In this document: one piece after another, positions 13,286 to 24,442 of the stretch | Layout: each line of letters starts with the position of its first letter | Numbering within the stretch: the first letter of the stretch is position 1 | From: Mobula hypostoma | Taxonomy: Eukaryota | DNA length: 64,000 nucleotides | Direction: 5' to 3' | NCBI RefSeq assembly: GCF_963921235.1 | Contig: NC_086097.1 | Span: 251,288,001-251,352,000, forward strand | Program-made: the position numbers and the translations under genes | Notes under the pieces: model-generated | The model's database searches: none | Told to the model about the DNA's origin: nothing | Seen by the model: only the letters and a program-made list of their open reading frames with translations

Positions 13286-14562
13286 GTACCATAACAACAA
13301 ACTCTTACTCAATGTCCCCAAGACCAAGGAGCTGATTATTGACTTCAGGAGATGGAAATCAGATGTTCATGAGCCAATTCTCATCAGAGGATCAGAGGTG
13401 GAGAGGGTCAGCAATGTTAAATTCCACGGTGTTACCAATTTAGAAGACCCATCCTCGGCCCAGCACGAAAGTGCAATTACAAAGAAAGCACGGCAGCCTC
13501 TCAACTTCCTTAGGAGATTGTGAAAATTTGGCATGACATCTAAAACCTTAACAAATTTCTATTGATGTTCAGTGGTGAGTATATTGACTGGTTGTATCAC
13601 AGCCTGGAATGGAAACACCAAAACCCTTGAATGGAAAAATCCTACAGAAAGTAGTGGATATGGCCCAGTCCATCTTGAGTAAAGCCCTCCCCACCACAAA
13701 GCACCTCTTCACAAAGCATTGTCATAGGAAAGCAACATCCATCAGCAGTGATCCCCACCACCCAGGACATGCCCTCTTCTTTTTGTAGCCATCAGGAAGA
13801 AAGTACAGGAGCATCAGGATCCACACCACCATGTTCAAGAACAGTTACCACCCTCAACCATCAGGCTATTGAACCAAAGGGGATAACTTCATGAGGATGA
13901 AGATGTCTCCGAGTTCACAGACGGAGTCACATGCTTCATCCGGAAGTTCATCGACGATGTTGTCCCCCAGAAGTTGGTCAGGGTCTTCCCGAACCAGAAG
14001 CCCTGGATCAGTAGCTCTGTGTGAGCAGCACCTACCATGCGACATCGAGCTTACATTGCCGGCAATCAGCAGGAACCCAAGAAAAGCAGTTATGGTCTGC
14101 GCAAAGCTATCAAGGCTGCAAAACAACAAGCAGGGACAAGACTGAGTCAAGATTCACAACGAATAGCACACATGACTTGTGACGAGGGTTGCATACCATC
14201 GCAGACTTCAAAGCCAAACGTTGTGGTGCCGCCAATATCGCTTTTACACTTGGTTCGATGTCGCTAACTCTGAGCCTCCAAGGAAAGCCACCGCTATAAC
14301 CTGCAACCTGGTCATCTCTGAGGCTGAGGTACGCAGATGTTTTCAACAAGTGGACAGTTGCAAGGCTGCGGGACCAGACAGCATCCCAGGGCGAGTACTC
14401 AGGATGTGTGCAGCACAACTGGCAAGTGTGTTTACTGACATTTTTAATCTCTCCCTCTCCCAGTGTAGAGTGCCCTCCTGCTTCAAGTTACCTACCATTG
14501 TCCCTGTACCAGAAAGGACCAAGGTAACATGCCCGAACAACTGGTGTCCTATCGCAACCACC
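13286..14562 (+). mobile_element. Decayed Rex1/Babar-like LINE fragments
   Basis: KTKELIIDFRR...VERV-like text at 13320-13420; [14 protein letters not shown]...FTDIFNLSL at 14360-14470. Confidence 0.75.
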
Positions 14563-14569
14563 TGAATAA

Positions 14570-16122
14570 TACGCATCGACGACTGCATTGGTGCTGCTTC
14601 CTGCATGCATGCTGAGCTCATTGACTTCATTAACTTTGCCTCCAACTTTCACCCTGCCCTCAAGTTTGCCTGGTCCATTTCTGACACCTCCCTCCCCTTT
14701 CTAGATCTTTCTGTCTATCTCTGGAGACAGCTTATCTACCTGGTCCATTTCTGACACCTCCCTCCCCTTTCTAGATCTTTCTGTCTATCTCTGAAGACAG
14801 CTTATCTACTGATGTCTATTATAAGCCTACTGACTCTCACAGCTATCGGGACCATTCCTCTTCTCACCCTGTCTCTTGCAAAAATGCCATCCCCTTCTCG
14901 CAATTCCTCCGTCTCCACTGCATCTGCTCTCAGGATGAGGCTTTTCATTCCAGGACGAGGGAGATGTCCTCCTTTTTAAAAGAAAGGGGCTTCCCTTCCT
15001 CCACCATCAATTCTGCTCTCAAACGCATCTCCCCCATTTCACACAGATCTGCTCTCACTCCATCCTCCCGCCACCCCACTAGGAATAAGGTTCCCCTGGT
15101 CCTCACCTACCACCCCACCAGCTTCTGGGTCCAACATATTATTCTCTGTAACTTCCGCCACCTTCAACGGGATACCACTGCTAAGCACATCTTTCCCTCC
15201 CCCGTCTCTCTGCTTTCTGCAGGGATCGCTCCCTATGCGACTCCCTTGTCCATTCTTCCCCCCCATCCCTCCCCACTGATCTCCCTCCTGGCACTTATCC
15301 TTGTAAGCGGAACAAGTGCTACACATGCCCTTACACTTCCTCCCTTACCACCATTCAGGGCCCCAGACAGTCCTTCCAGGTGAGGCAACACTTCACCTGT
15401 GAGTCGGCTGGGGTGATATACTACATCCGGTGCTCCCGATGTGGCCTTCTATATGTTGGCGAGACCCGACGCAGACTGGGAGATCATTTTGCTGAACACC
15501 TACGCTCTGTCCGCCAGAGAATGCAGGATCTCCCAGTGGCCACACATTTTATTTCCACATCCCATTCCCATATGTCTATTCACAGCCTCCTCTACTGTAA
15601 AGATGAAGCCACACTCAGGTTGGAGGAAGAACACCTTATATTCCATCTGGGTAGCCTCCAACCTGATGGCATGAACATTGACTTCTCTAACTTCTGCTAA
15701 TGCCCCACCTCCCCCTTGTACCCCATCTGTTATTTATTTATATACACACATTCTTTCTCTCACTCTCCTTTTTCTCCCTCTGTCCCTCTCACTATACCCC
15801 TTGCCCATCCTTTGGGTTCCCCCCCCCACACCTTTACTTCTCCCTGGGCCTCCTGTCCCATGATCCTCTCATATCCCTTTTGCCAATCACCTGTCCAGCT
15901 CTTGGCTCCATCCCTCCCCCTCCTGTCTTCTCCTATCATTTTGGATCTCCCCCTCCCACTTTCAAATCTCTTACTAGCTCTTCCTTCAGTTAGTCCTGAC
16001 GACGGGTCTCGGCCCAAAACGTCGACTGTACCGCTTCCTAGAGATGCTGCCTGGCCTGCTGCGTTCACCTACAACTTTGATGTGTGTTGCTTGAATTTCC
16101 AGCATCTGCAGAATTCCTCGTG
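14570..16122 (+). mobile_element. Penelope-like element (RT C-terminus, GIY-YIG endonuclease, pLTR)
   Basis: IDDCIG-like RT, FLDL.V, YKPTDSH, and GVIYYIRCSRCGLLYVGETRRRL (GIY-YIG), followed by a pyrimidine-rich UTR and pLTR. Internal 70-bp tandem duplication at 14669-14808. Confidence 0.9.
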
Positions 16123-18262
16123 TTAACATCCTTGTAAATCTCCTCTGCACCATTTCTATGGCTTCCACATCCTTCCTGTAATGAGGTGACCAGAACTGAG
16201 CACAGTACTCCAAGTGGGGTCTGATATTGATAAAGGCCAATGCACCGTTTGCCTTCTTAACCACAGAGTCAACCAGCATAGTAACTTTGAGTGTCCAATG
16301 GACTTGGACACCAAAATCCCTCTGATCTTCCACACTGCTAAGATTCTTACCATTAATGCTATATTCTGGCATCATATTTGGCCTAACAAAATGAACAACC
16401 TTACACTTACCTGGGTTGAGCTCCATCTGCCACTTTTGCATCCTATCAATGTCCCACTGTAACCTCTAACAGCCCTCCACACTATCCACAACACCCCCAA
16501 CCTTTGTGTCATCATCAAATTTACTCACCCATCCCTCCATTTTCTCATCCAGGTCATTTATAAAAATCACAAAGTGAAGGGGTCCCAGAACAGATCACTG
16601 AGGCACACCACTGGTCACCAACCTCCATGCAGAATATGACCTGTCTACAACCACTCTTTGCCTTCTGTGGGCAGGCCAGTTTTGGATTCACAAAGCAATG
16701 TCTCCTTGGATCCCATGCCTCCTTACTTTCTTAAATGTCTGACATGGGGTAGCTTATCAAATGCCTTGCTGAAATCCATATACACTACATCTACTGCTCT
16801 ACCTTCGTCAATGTGTTTAGTCACATCCTTAAAAAATTCAATCAGGCTCGTAAGGCACTTTGACCTGCCTTTGACAAAGCCATGCTGACTATTCCTAATT
16901 ATATTATGCCTCTCCAAATGTTCAAAAATCCCACCTCTCAGGATCTTCTCCATCAACTTACCAACCACTGAAGTAAGACTCACTGGTCTATAATTTCCTG
17001 CGCTATCTCTACTCCCTTTCTTGAATAAGGGAACAACATCCACAACCCTCCAATCCTCCGGAACCCCTCCTGTCCCCATTGATGATGCAAAGATCATTGC
17101 CAGAGGCTCAGCAACTCCTCCCTCGCCTCCCACATCTTGTCTGGTCCCAGTGACTTATCCAACTTGATGCTTTCCAAAAGCTCCAGCACATCCTCTTTCT
17201 TAATATCTACATGCTCAAGCTTTTCAGTCTGCTGTAAGTCATCCCAACAATCACCAAAACCCTTTTCCGTAGTGAATACTGAAGCAAAGTATTCATTAAG
17301 TACCTAATTTATCTCCTCCAGTTCCATACACATTTTTCCACTGTCACACTTGATTGGTCTTATTCTCTCACACCATATCCTCTTGCTCTTCACATACTTG
17401 TAGAATGCCTTGGGGTTTTCCTTAATGCTGCCCGCCAGGGCCTTCTCATGGCCCTTTCTGGCTCTCCCAATTTCATTCTTAAGCTCCTTCCTGCTAGCCC
17501 TATAATCTTCTAGATCTCTATCATTACCTAATTTTTGAACTTTTCATAAGCTTTTCTTTTCTTCTTGACTAGATTTTCAACAGCGTTTGTACACCATGGT
17601 TCCTGTACCCTACCATCCTTTTCCTGTCTCATTGGAACGTACCTATGCAGAACTCCACGCAAATATCCCCTCAACATTTGCCACAATTTCTTCTGTTCAT
17701 TTCCCTGAGAACATCTGTTCCCAATTTATGCTTCCAAGTTCCTGCCTGATTGCCTCATATTTCCCTTTACTCCAATTAAAAATTTTCCTAACTTGCCTGT
17801 TCCTATCCCTCTCCAGTGCTATTGTAAAGTAGATAGAATTGTGATCACTATCTCCAAAATGCTCTCCCACTGAGAGATCTGATACCTGACCAGGTTCATA
17901 TCCCAATACCAGATCAAGTACAGCTCTCCTCTTGTGGTCTTATCTACATATTTGCCAAGAAACGTTCCTGAACACAGTAACAAACTCCACCCCATCTAAA
18001 CCTTTTGCTCTCGGGTGATGCCAATCAATATTTGGGAAATTAAAATCTCCCACCATGACAACCCTGTTATTATTACACCTTTCCAGAATCTGTCCCCCTA
18101 TCTGCTCCTCAATATCCCTATTATGATTGGGTGGCCTATAAAAAACACCCAGTCGAGTTATTGACCCTTTCCTGTTCCTAACTTCCACCCACAGAGACTC
18201 AGTAGACAATCCCTCCATGACTTCTTCCTGTTCTGCAGCTGTGACACTATCTCTGATCAGCA
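16123..18262 (-). mobile_element. Decayed CR1 LINE
   Basis: Minus-strand ORF fragments ESLWVE..GDFNFP, NYRPVSLTS, DFSKAFD, RPHLEYC. Confidence 0.88.
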
Positions 18263-18349
18263 TTGAATTTTGAAGGCATTAATTTAGATTTTACATGGTT
18301 ATGGAAAAACAAAAAGGGTTTCAAGAGATCAAAATTTCAGATTATAAAG

Positions 18350-18990
18350 AGGAGGCCTACAGGAGATAGTTCAGCTAGTTGAATAGTGTTGCAACAACAA
18401 CCTTACATTCAACATCAGTAAGACCAAGGAATTGATTGTGGACTTAAAACTTAAGGAAACATATACCAGTCCTCATCAAAGGAACAGCAGTGGCAAAGCT
18501 GAGCAGTTTCAAGTTCCTGGTTATCAACATCTCAGAAGATCTATCCTGAGCACAACATATTGATGCAGTTACAAAGAAAGCTCAAGAGTGGCTATATTTA
18601 ATTGGGAGTTTGATATGTCACCAAAGACACTCGCAAATCTCTACAGATGTACCACGGAGAGCATTCTAGCTGGCTGCATCACTGTCTGGTGTGGAGGGGC
18701 CACTGCAGAAAGTTGTTAACTCAGTCAACTCCATCATGAATACACACTCAACACTTTAGGAACAGCTTCTTCCCCACCACCATCATATTTCTGAATGGAC
18801 AATGAACTCATGTACACTACCTCACTATTTCTTGCTTTTTTTTTGCTCTTTTTCACACTAATGATTTAGTTTAATTTTATATGTATCCTATGGTAATTTA
18901 TAGTTTTTTATTATGTATTGCAGTATACTGTTACCACCAAACACATATTTCACAACATGTGCCAATGATATGAAATCTGATTCTGATTCA
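18350..18990 (+). mobile_element. Rex1/Babar-like LINE 3' fragment
   Basis: Similar to 6500-6597 and 10240-10920; tail ctgattctgattc. Confidence 0.75.
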
Positions 18991-19834
18991 GACCCCCTTC
19001 TTCCAACCATACAATCTGACTCCCCTACAGGAATATTGGTCTGGAGTGACTGAAGTATATTTACCTGACCTGGCAGTACAGCGTGTAGCTCTTTACAGGG
19101 CCGGCCATTGGGGTTCTATTCTGACCACTGTCTGTAAGGCGTTTGAATTTTCTCCCAGTAACTGTGCTGATGCTCCATTTCCGAGCTTGCTATGCTGGCA
19201 GCAGACACATGGTGACCCTTGTGGGTCACCTCCAAGCACATCCTCGGATTGTGTTGGTTGTTGATGCGAATAATGTGTTTCACTGTACCTGTGACAAATA
19301 GAGGTAATGTTTATCTTTTTAAATCTGTACATGCCACACCTCTCTCAGAATTGGTCTCGGTTCCCCCAAGCACCTAAAGGTTCCCTTTATACCACGTGTT
19401 AATTTGAATTATCCTCCAAGTTCTGTATGACTTTGGTAGTAATTCTGAGACACTTTCATTCTCAGCTCCATGTGGGCTAGCTTGAATAGTTGCTAGTGTG
19501 ACACTTCACAGTGCGAGCAATCGGGGTTCAATTCACACAACTGCCTGTAAAGAGTTTGTGTGGTCTCCCCTTGACTGCGGGCGTTTGCTCTGGATGTTCC
19601 CGTTTCCGTTCACACTGCAAAGATGTACAAATTAAGGCTAGTGAGTTGTGGGCATGTTATTTTGATACAGGTAGCATGGAGACACTTGCTCTGTATCTAT
19701 CTTTAAATGTGTGAGTTTAACCTCTCCAATAGCTTGTTACCATGCAGCAGAGGTGAATCTATATCCTCGTTTCCCCTTCCAGATTGAACAACTCATCAAT
19801 GTAGAATGTTGCACTTAATAATCGTAATAATAAT

Positions 19835-20270
19835 GTTTTAGAATCAGAGTCCTACAAATTATATTACAACTGATCCATTACTCCAGATAGGACATCCCAT
19901 AATAACAGTCTGGATATAATATTACAGGATAAACAAGCAAGAACAATTTATTTAACAGATATCGCCATTCCAACCACACATAACTTACAGAAATCAATAA
20001 GTGAAAAACACCAGAAATATGCTGATTTAAAAGAGGAAATTGAAAGACTATGGAACATGAAGAGGGTATACATTGTCCCAACAGTAATATCTACAACTTG
20101 TATCATCCCAAAGTCACTACAAAATAGCATTAAACAATCAGACCTACACAGGAATAGCTATGTAAATCTTCAGAAAGCCTCAACATGACGAGAATAGTCT
20201 GAAAGTTCCCAGGAATTGAGAAATAAGCGTGCTTGGGTTTCATCTCAGGTTTCACCAGCATGAGCTGAGA
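19835..20270 (+). mobile_element. R4/Dong-like non-LTR retrotransposon 3' fragment (restriction-like endonuclease domain)
   Basis: Translates to ...DIILQDKQARTIYLTDIAIPTTHNLQKSISEKHQKYADLKEEIERLWNMKRVYIVP...; flanked by TAA/CAA repeats. Confidence 0.75.
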
Positions 20271-20289
20271 AAAAAAAACAACAATAATA

Positions 20290-20740
20290 AGAATCTTATT
20301 TATAGAGCACTTTTCATACCAACAATGAATTCAAAGTGCTTTAGAGTGCAAATATTAAAAAACAAAATAAAAAAATAAAAATATAACATTTAACCTGAAA
20401 ATAAGAGACAAAAAGATGTTATTTAAAAGCAAGGATAAATAGATAGGTTTTGAGCTGGTGTTTAAAAGTGTCAATTGAGTCTGCATCCCTTATAGCTTTA
20501 GGTGCTGTATTGAGTTCCACAGGTTAGGAGCACAGCTCTAAAAAGCTGTCCTGTCAATTATCTTTTGAGGGAAATTGTTTAAATTTAAGAGAGTGGCTGA
20601 AGAAGTCCTGAGAGCTCGAGCAGGATTATAAGATGAAAACGATTCTGTAATGTAGTCCGGTCCCAGACCATTGAGGCGTTTTAAAAACAAGTAAGAGAAC
20701 TTCAAAATCAATCCTGAAAGATCCAGGAAGCCAATGCAGA
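20290..20740 (-). mobile_element. Old L2-like LINE 3' fragment
   Basis: Pattern tttatagagcacttttcatac...aaagtgcttt and ttcaaaatcaatcctgaaag...gccaatg, typical of antisense L2 3' ends. Confidence 0.5.
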
Positions 20741-20759
20741 GTGGCTCGGTCGTGCTTGA

Positions 20760-21072
20760 TCACAGTGCCACGTACCTGCACTAAAGGAGCCAATGGTTTT
20801 GCCTCTTTTGGGAGCCAGGTATCTGTTTCCAGACTGGCGTAGTGTGTGGGCAGGTAGATGCAAGTGGGGGGAAAAAGTATTAAAAGAAGCCCAAATTATT
20901 TGCATGGGTGGCGCGCAAGCTCAAGGTAAAGCGATCGCCTTCTGCAGTGAAGAGGCTTGCAGACTTTCTCGGTGCAGGTGTGGTGTGTCTTTCCTCTCCC
21001 GTTGAACAGCGGAAGGTGAACCGCTTGCGCGGGGCTGATTTGCGGACTTGGATTGACTTTGCACGGTGAAAC
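20760..21072 (+). promoter_or_regulatory. Putative ESRP1 proximal promoter/5'UTR
   Basis: Non-repeat, CpG-enriched DNA upstream of the ATG. CCAAT at 20790, TATA-like TATTAAAA near 20878, and four CAGGTR/YACCTG boxes (20773, 20816, 20851, 20975). Confidence 0.55.
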
Positions 21073-21204
21073 ATGACAGCGTCTCTGGACTACCTGGTGG
21101 TTTTATTCGGGGCGACGGCCGGGGCGCACGGCAGAAAGCTGGGATCTGACGAGAAAGAACTGGTGCTTTTGTTGTGGCAAGTAGTGGACTTGGTGAACGG
21201 AAAG
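21073..21204 (+). CDS. ESRP1: ESRP1 coding exon 1 (start codon; 132 nt)
   Basis: ATG at 21073 gives [44 protein letters not shown], matching the vertebrate ESRP1 N-terminus as recalled ([27 protein letters not shown]). Donor AAG|GTAGGG. Confidence 0.96.
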
Positions 21205-21242
21205 GTAGGGACCGATTCCACTTGCACGCTGGAATGTTGAGG

Positions 21243-21680
21243 GACCACAAGACACAGGAGTAGAATTGGGCCATTCGGCCCGTCGGGTCTGCTCCGCCAT
21301 TCCATCATGCCTGATAATAATCCCTCTCAATCCCATTGTCCTGCCTTCTCCCCGTAACCTTTGACACCCCAATCAAGAATGTATCAGATTCTGCTTTAAA
21401 TATACCCAATAACTTGGCCTCCACAGCCGCCTGTGGCAAGAATTCCACAGATTCGCCACCTCTGGCTAAAGAAATTCCTCCTCATCTTTGTTCTAATGGG
21501 CGTTCTCTCTATCCCAGGGGCTCTCAGTCTTTTTAATGCCATGGACCAATATCAGTAAACAAGGGGTTGTGGGCCCAGGTAGGGAACCCCTGCCCTGTTC
21601 TGAGGCTGTGTCCTCTGGTCCTAGAGTTCCCCACTTTCTCCACATCCACTCTATCAGGGCCTTTCAGTATTCGATAGTTT
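21243..21680 (-). mobile_element. CR1 3' fragment in ESRP1 intron 1
   Basis: Reverse complement of the CR1 3'UTR/ORF2 end (cf. 9900-10237). Confidence 0.8.
21515..21592. mobile_element. 78-bp hAT-Charlie-like MITE
   Basis: TIR-like ends CAGGGGCTCTCAGTCT / AGGTAGGGAACCCCTG; degenerate 8-bp TSD ctctatcc/ccctgttc within a CR1. Confidence 0.65.
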
Positions 21681-21765
21681 TCGACGGGATCGTTCCAAAT
21701 GCACAGCGTGCGAATCCGCGGAAGATACTACGTTTAACCAGACATCTGATGCGAGCATTTTCCAG

Positions 21766-21894
21766 GCAGGGGTCATACACAAAACGTTCGTAAAGCCTAG
21801 TAACTCGGAGTTAACGGAGCGATACACTGAACATACTGGCATTGCAGTGGAAAATCTGATGACAGCGGAACCTCTGGAAGACGTCCTTCAACAG
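21766..21894 (+). CDS. ESRP1: ESRP1 coding exon 2 (129 nt)
   Basis: ttttccag|GCA...CAG|gtgagt; AGVIHKTFVKPSNSELTERYTEHTGIAVENLMTAEPLEDVLQQ; phase 0/0; alignable to the ESRP exon-2 region. Confidence 0.92.
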
Positions 21895-22562
21895 GTGAGT
21901 GGGCGCCTTCCGTGAAAAGTTGCTCAGTTCCTGTTGTCAGCGGAAAAATCCAATTTGATCGGCGCTACGTCCAATCTTTGTCCTCGTTTCACCTCCTTTT
22001 CCCTCACCCTTGTTTCTAAAATTATTTCAGAATCAGGTTTTATAGCACTGGCATAGGGCGTGAAATTTGTAGTTTAGAGGCAGCAGGACATTGTGATACC
22101 TAATAATAAAATACTATAAATTACAATAAAAAATAAGACCATAACATACAGGAGCAGAATTAGGCCATCTGGCCCATCGAGTCTGTTCTGTCATTTCATC
22201 ATGGCTGATCCAACTTCCTTTCAGTACCAATCTCCTGACTTCTCCCCAAATCCCTTCATGCCATGACCAGTCAAGAATCTATCCACCTCTGCCATGAATA
22301 TACCTAACGATTTGGCTTCCAAGCTGCCTGTAGCAAAGAATTCCACAGATTCACCACTCCCTGGCTAAAGAAATTCCTCCTTGTCTCCATTCTAAAAGGA
22401 CACCCCTCTATTCTGAGGTTGTGTCCTTTTGTCTTAGACTCTCTCACCATAGGAAACATCCCCTCCACATCCCCTCTATCAAGGCCTTTCACCATTCAAT
22501 GGCTTTCAATGAGGTCACCCCTCACTCTTCTGAATTCTGGTGAATACAGGCCCAGAGCCATC

Positions 22563-22716
22563 TCTTACTAGCTCTTCTTTCAGTTAGTTCTGATGAAGGG
22601 TTTCGGCCCGAAATGTTGACTGTACCTCTTCCTACAGATGCTGCCTGGCCTGCTGCATTCACCAGAATCTTTTATGTGTGTTGCTTGAAATTCCAGCATC
22701 TGCAGATTTCCTCGTG
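22563..22716 (+). mobile_element. Solo Penelope pLTR fragment with 11-bp TSD
   Basis: CCAGAGCCATC at 22552-22562 and 22717-22727; sequence matches 15968-16122. Confidence 0.85.
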
Positions 22717-24442
22717 CCAGAGCCATCAAACTCTCTTCATACGACAAGCTGTTCAGTCCTGCAGTCATTTGTGTGAACCTCCTTTGAATTCTCTCCAGTT
22801 TCAGAACATTCTTTCTAAGGGGCTCAGAACTGCTCATAATACTCCAAGTGAGGCCTCACCAGTGCTTTATAAAGTCTCAACATTGCATCCTTACGTTTGT
22901 ATTCTAGTCCTCTTGAATTGATTGCCTTCCTCACCACAGACTCAACCTGTAAATTAACCTTTAAGGAATCCTGCACAAGGACTCCCAAGTCCCTTTGCAC
23001 CTCAGTTTTTTGTATTTTCTCCCCAGTAGAAAATAGTCAACCCTATCATTGCTTCAACCAAGGTGCATGACCATGCACTTACCTATACTGTATGCCATCT
23101 GCCGTTTCTGTGCCCATTCTCCTAATCTATCTAAATCCTTCTGTAATCTCTCTACTTCCTCAAAACTACCTGCCCCTCCACCCATCTTCGTATCATCTGC
23201 AAATTTTGCAACAAAGCCATCAATTCCATTATCCAAATCATTGACATAAAAACGTAAAAAGAATTGATCCCAACACAGACCCCCATGGAACACCACTAGT
23301 CACTGGCAAACAACCAGATAAAGGCTCCCTTTATTCCCACTCTTTGCTTCCAGTCAATCAGCCTCTGCTTTATCCATGTTAGAATCTTTCCTGTAATACC
23401 ATGGGCTCGTAGCTTGTTAAGCAGCCTCATGTGTGGCAACTTGTCAAAGGCTTTCTGAAAATCCAAGTACACAACATTAACTGATCCTCCTTTGACTATC
23501 TTGCTTGTTATTTCTTCAAAGAATTCCAACAGATTTGTCAGGCAAGGTTTTCTCTTGAGGAAACCTTGCTGACTATGGCCTATTTTATCATGTGCCTCCA
23601 AATACGCTGAGGTCTCAGCCTTGATAATTGACTCCAATATCTTCCCAACCTCTGAGGTCAGACTAACAACAGGCCTATAGTTTTCTTTCTTCTGCCCCTC
23701 TCCCTTCTTGAAGAGTGGAATAACATTTGCAATTTTCCAGTCTTCCAGAACCTTTTCAGAATCTAGTAATTCTTGAAAGATCATTACTAATGCCTCCACA
23801 CTCTCTTAAGCTACCTCTTTCAGTATGCTGGGGTGTACACCATCTAGTCCAGGTGACTTATTAACCTTTCAGTTTCCCAAAAGCCTTCTCTCTAGTTGTG
23901 ATAACTTCACACACTTTATGACCCTTGACACCTGGAATTTCCACCATACTGCTTGTGTCTCCCACAGTGAAGACGAATGCAAAATAATTATTCAGTTCAT
24001 CCGCCATTTTGTAGTCCACCATTTCTACCTCTCTGGCATCATTTTCCAGCTGTCTGATATCCACTCTTGCCTCTCTTTTACACTTTACTGGCTGGCTTGC
24101 TTTCGTATCCCTTCTTTACCTTCTTAATGGATTTTTTAAGTTGACTCCTGTTGGTTTTTAAAAGCTTCCTAAACCTCTAACTTCCCACTATAATTTGCTT
24201 TATTATATGCCCTCTCTTTGGCTTTTAAGTTGCCTTTGACTTCTCCTGTTAGCCACGATTGTGTCATCTTTTCTTTAGAATACTTCTTCCTCTTTGGGAT
24301 GTATATATCATGTGCCTTCCGAATTGCTTTCAGAAATTCTAGCCATTGTGGCTCTGCTGTCATCCCTGCCTGTGTTCTTTTCCAATCAATTCTGGCCAAC
24401 TCCTTTTTCATGCCTCTCTAATTCCCTTTACTCCTTTGTAAT

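Noticed and set aside
15380..15700. Standalone GIY-YIG nuclease (homing or defence system)
   Set aside because: Contiguous with Penelope RT and pLTR; standard Penelope architecture.
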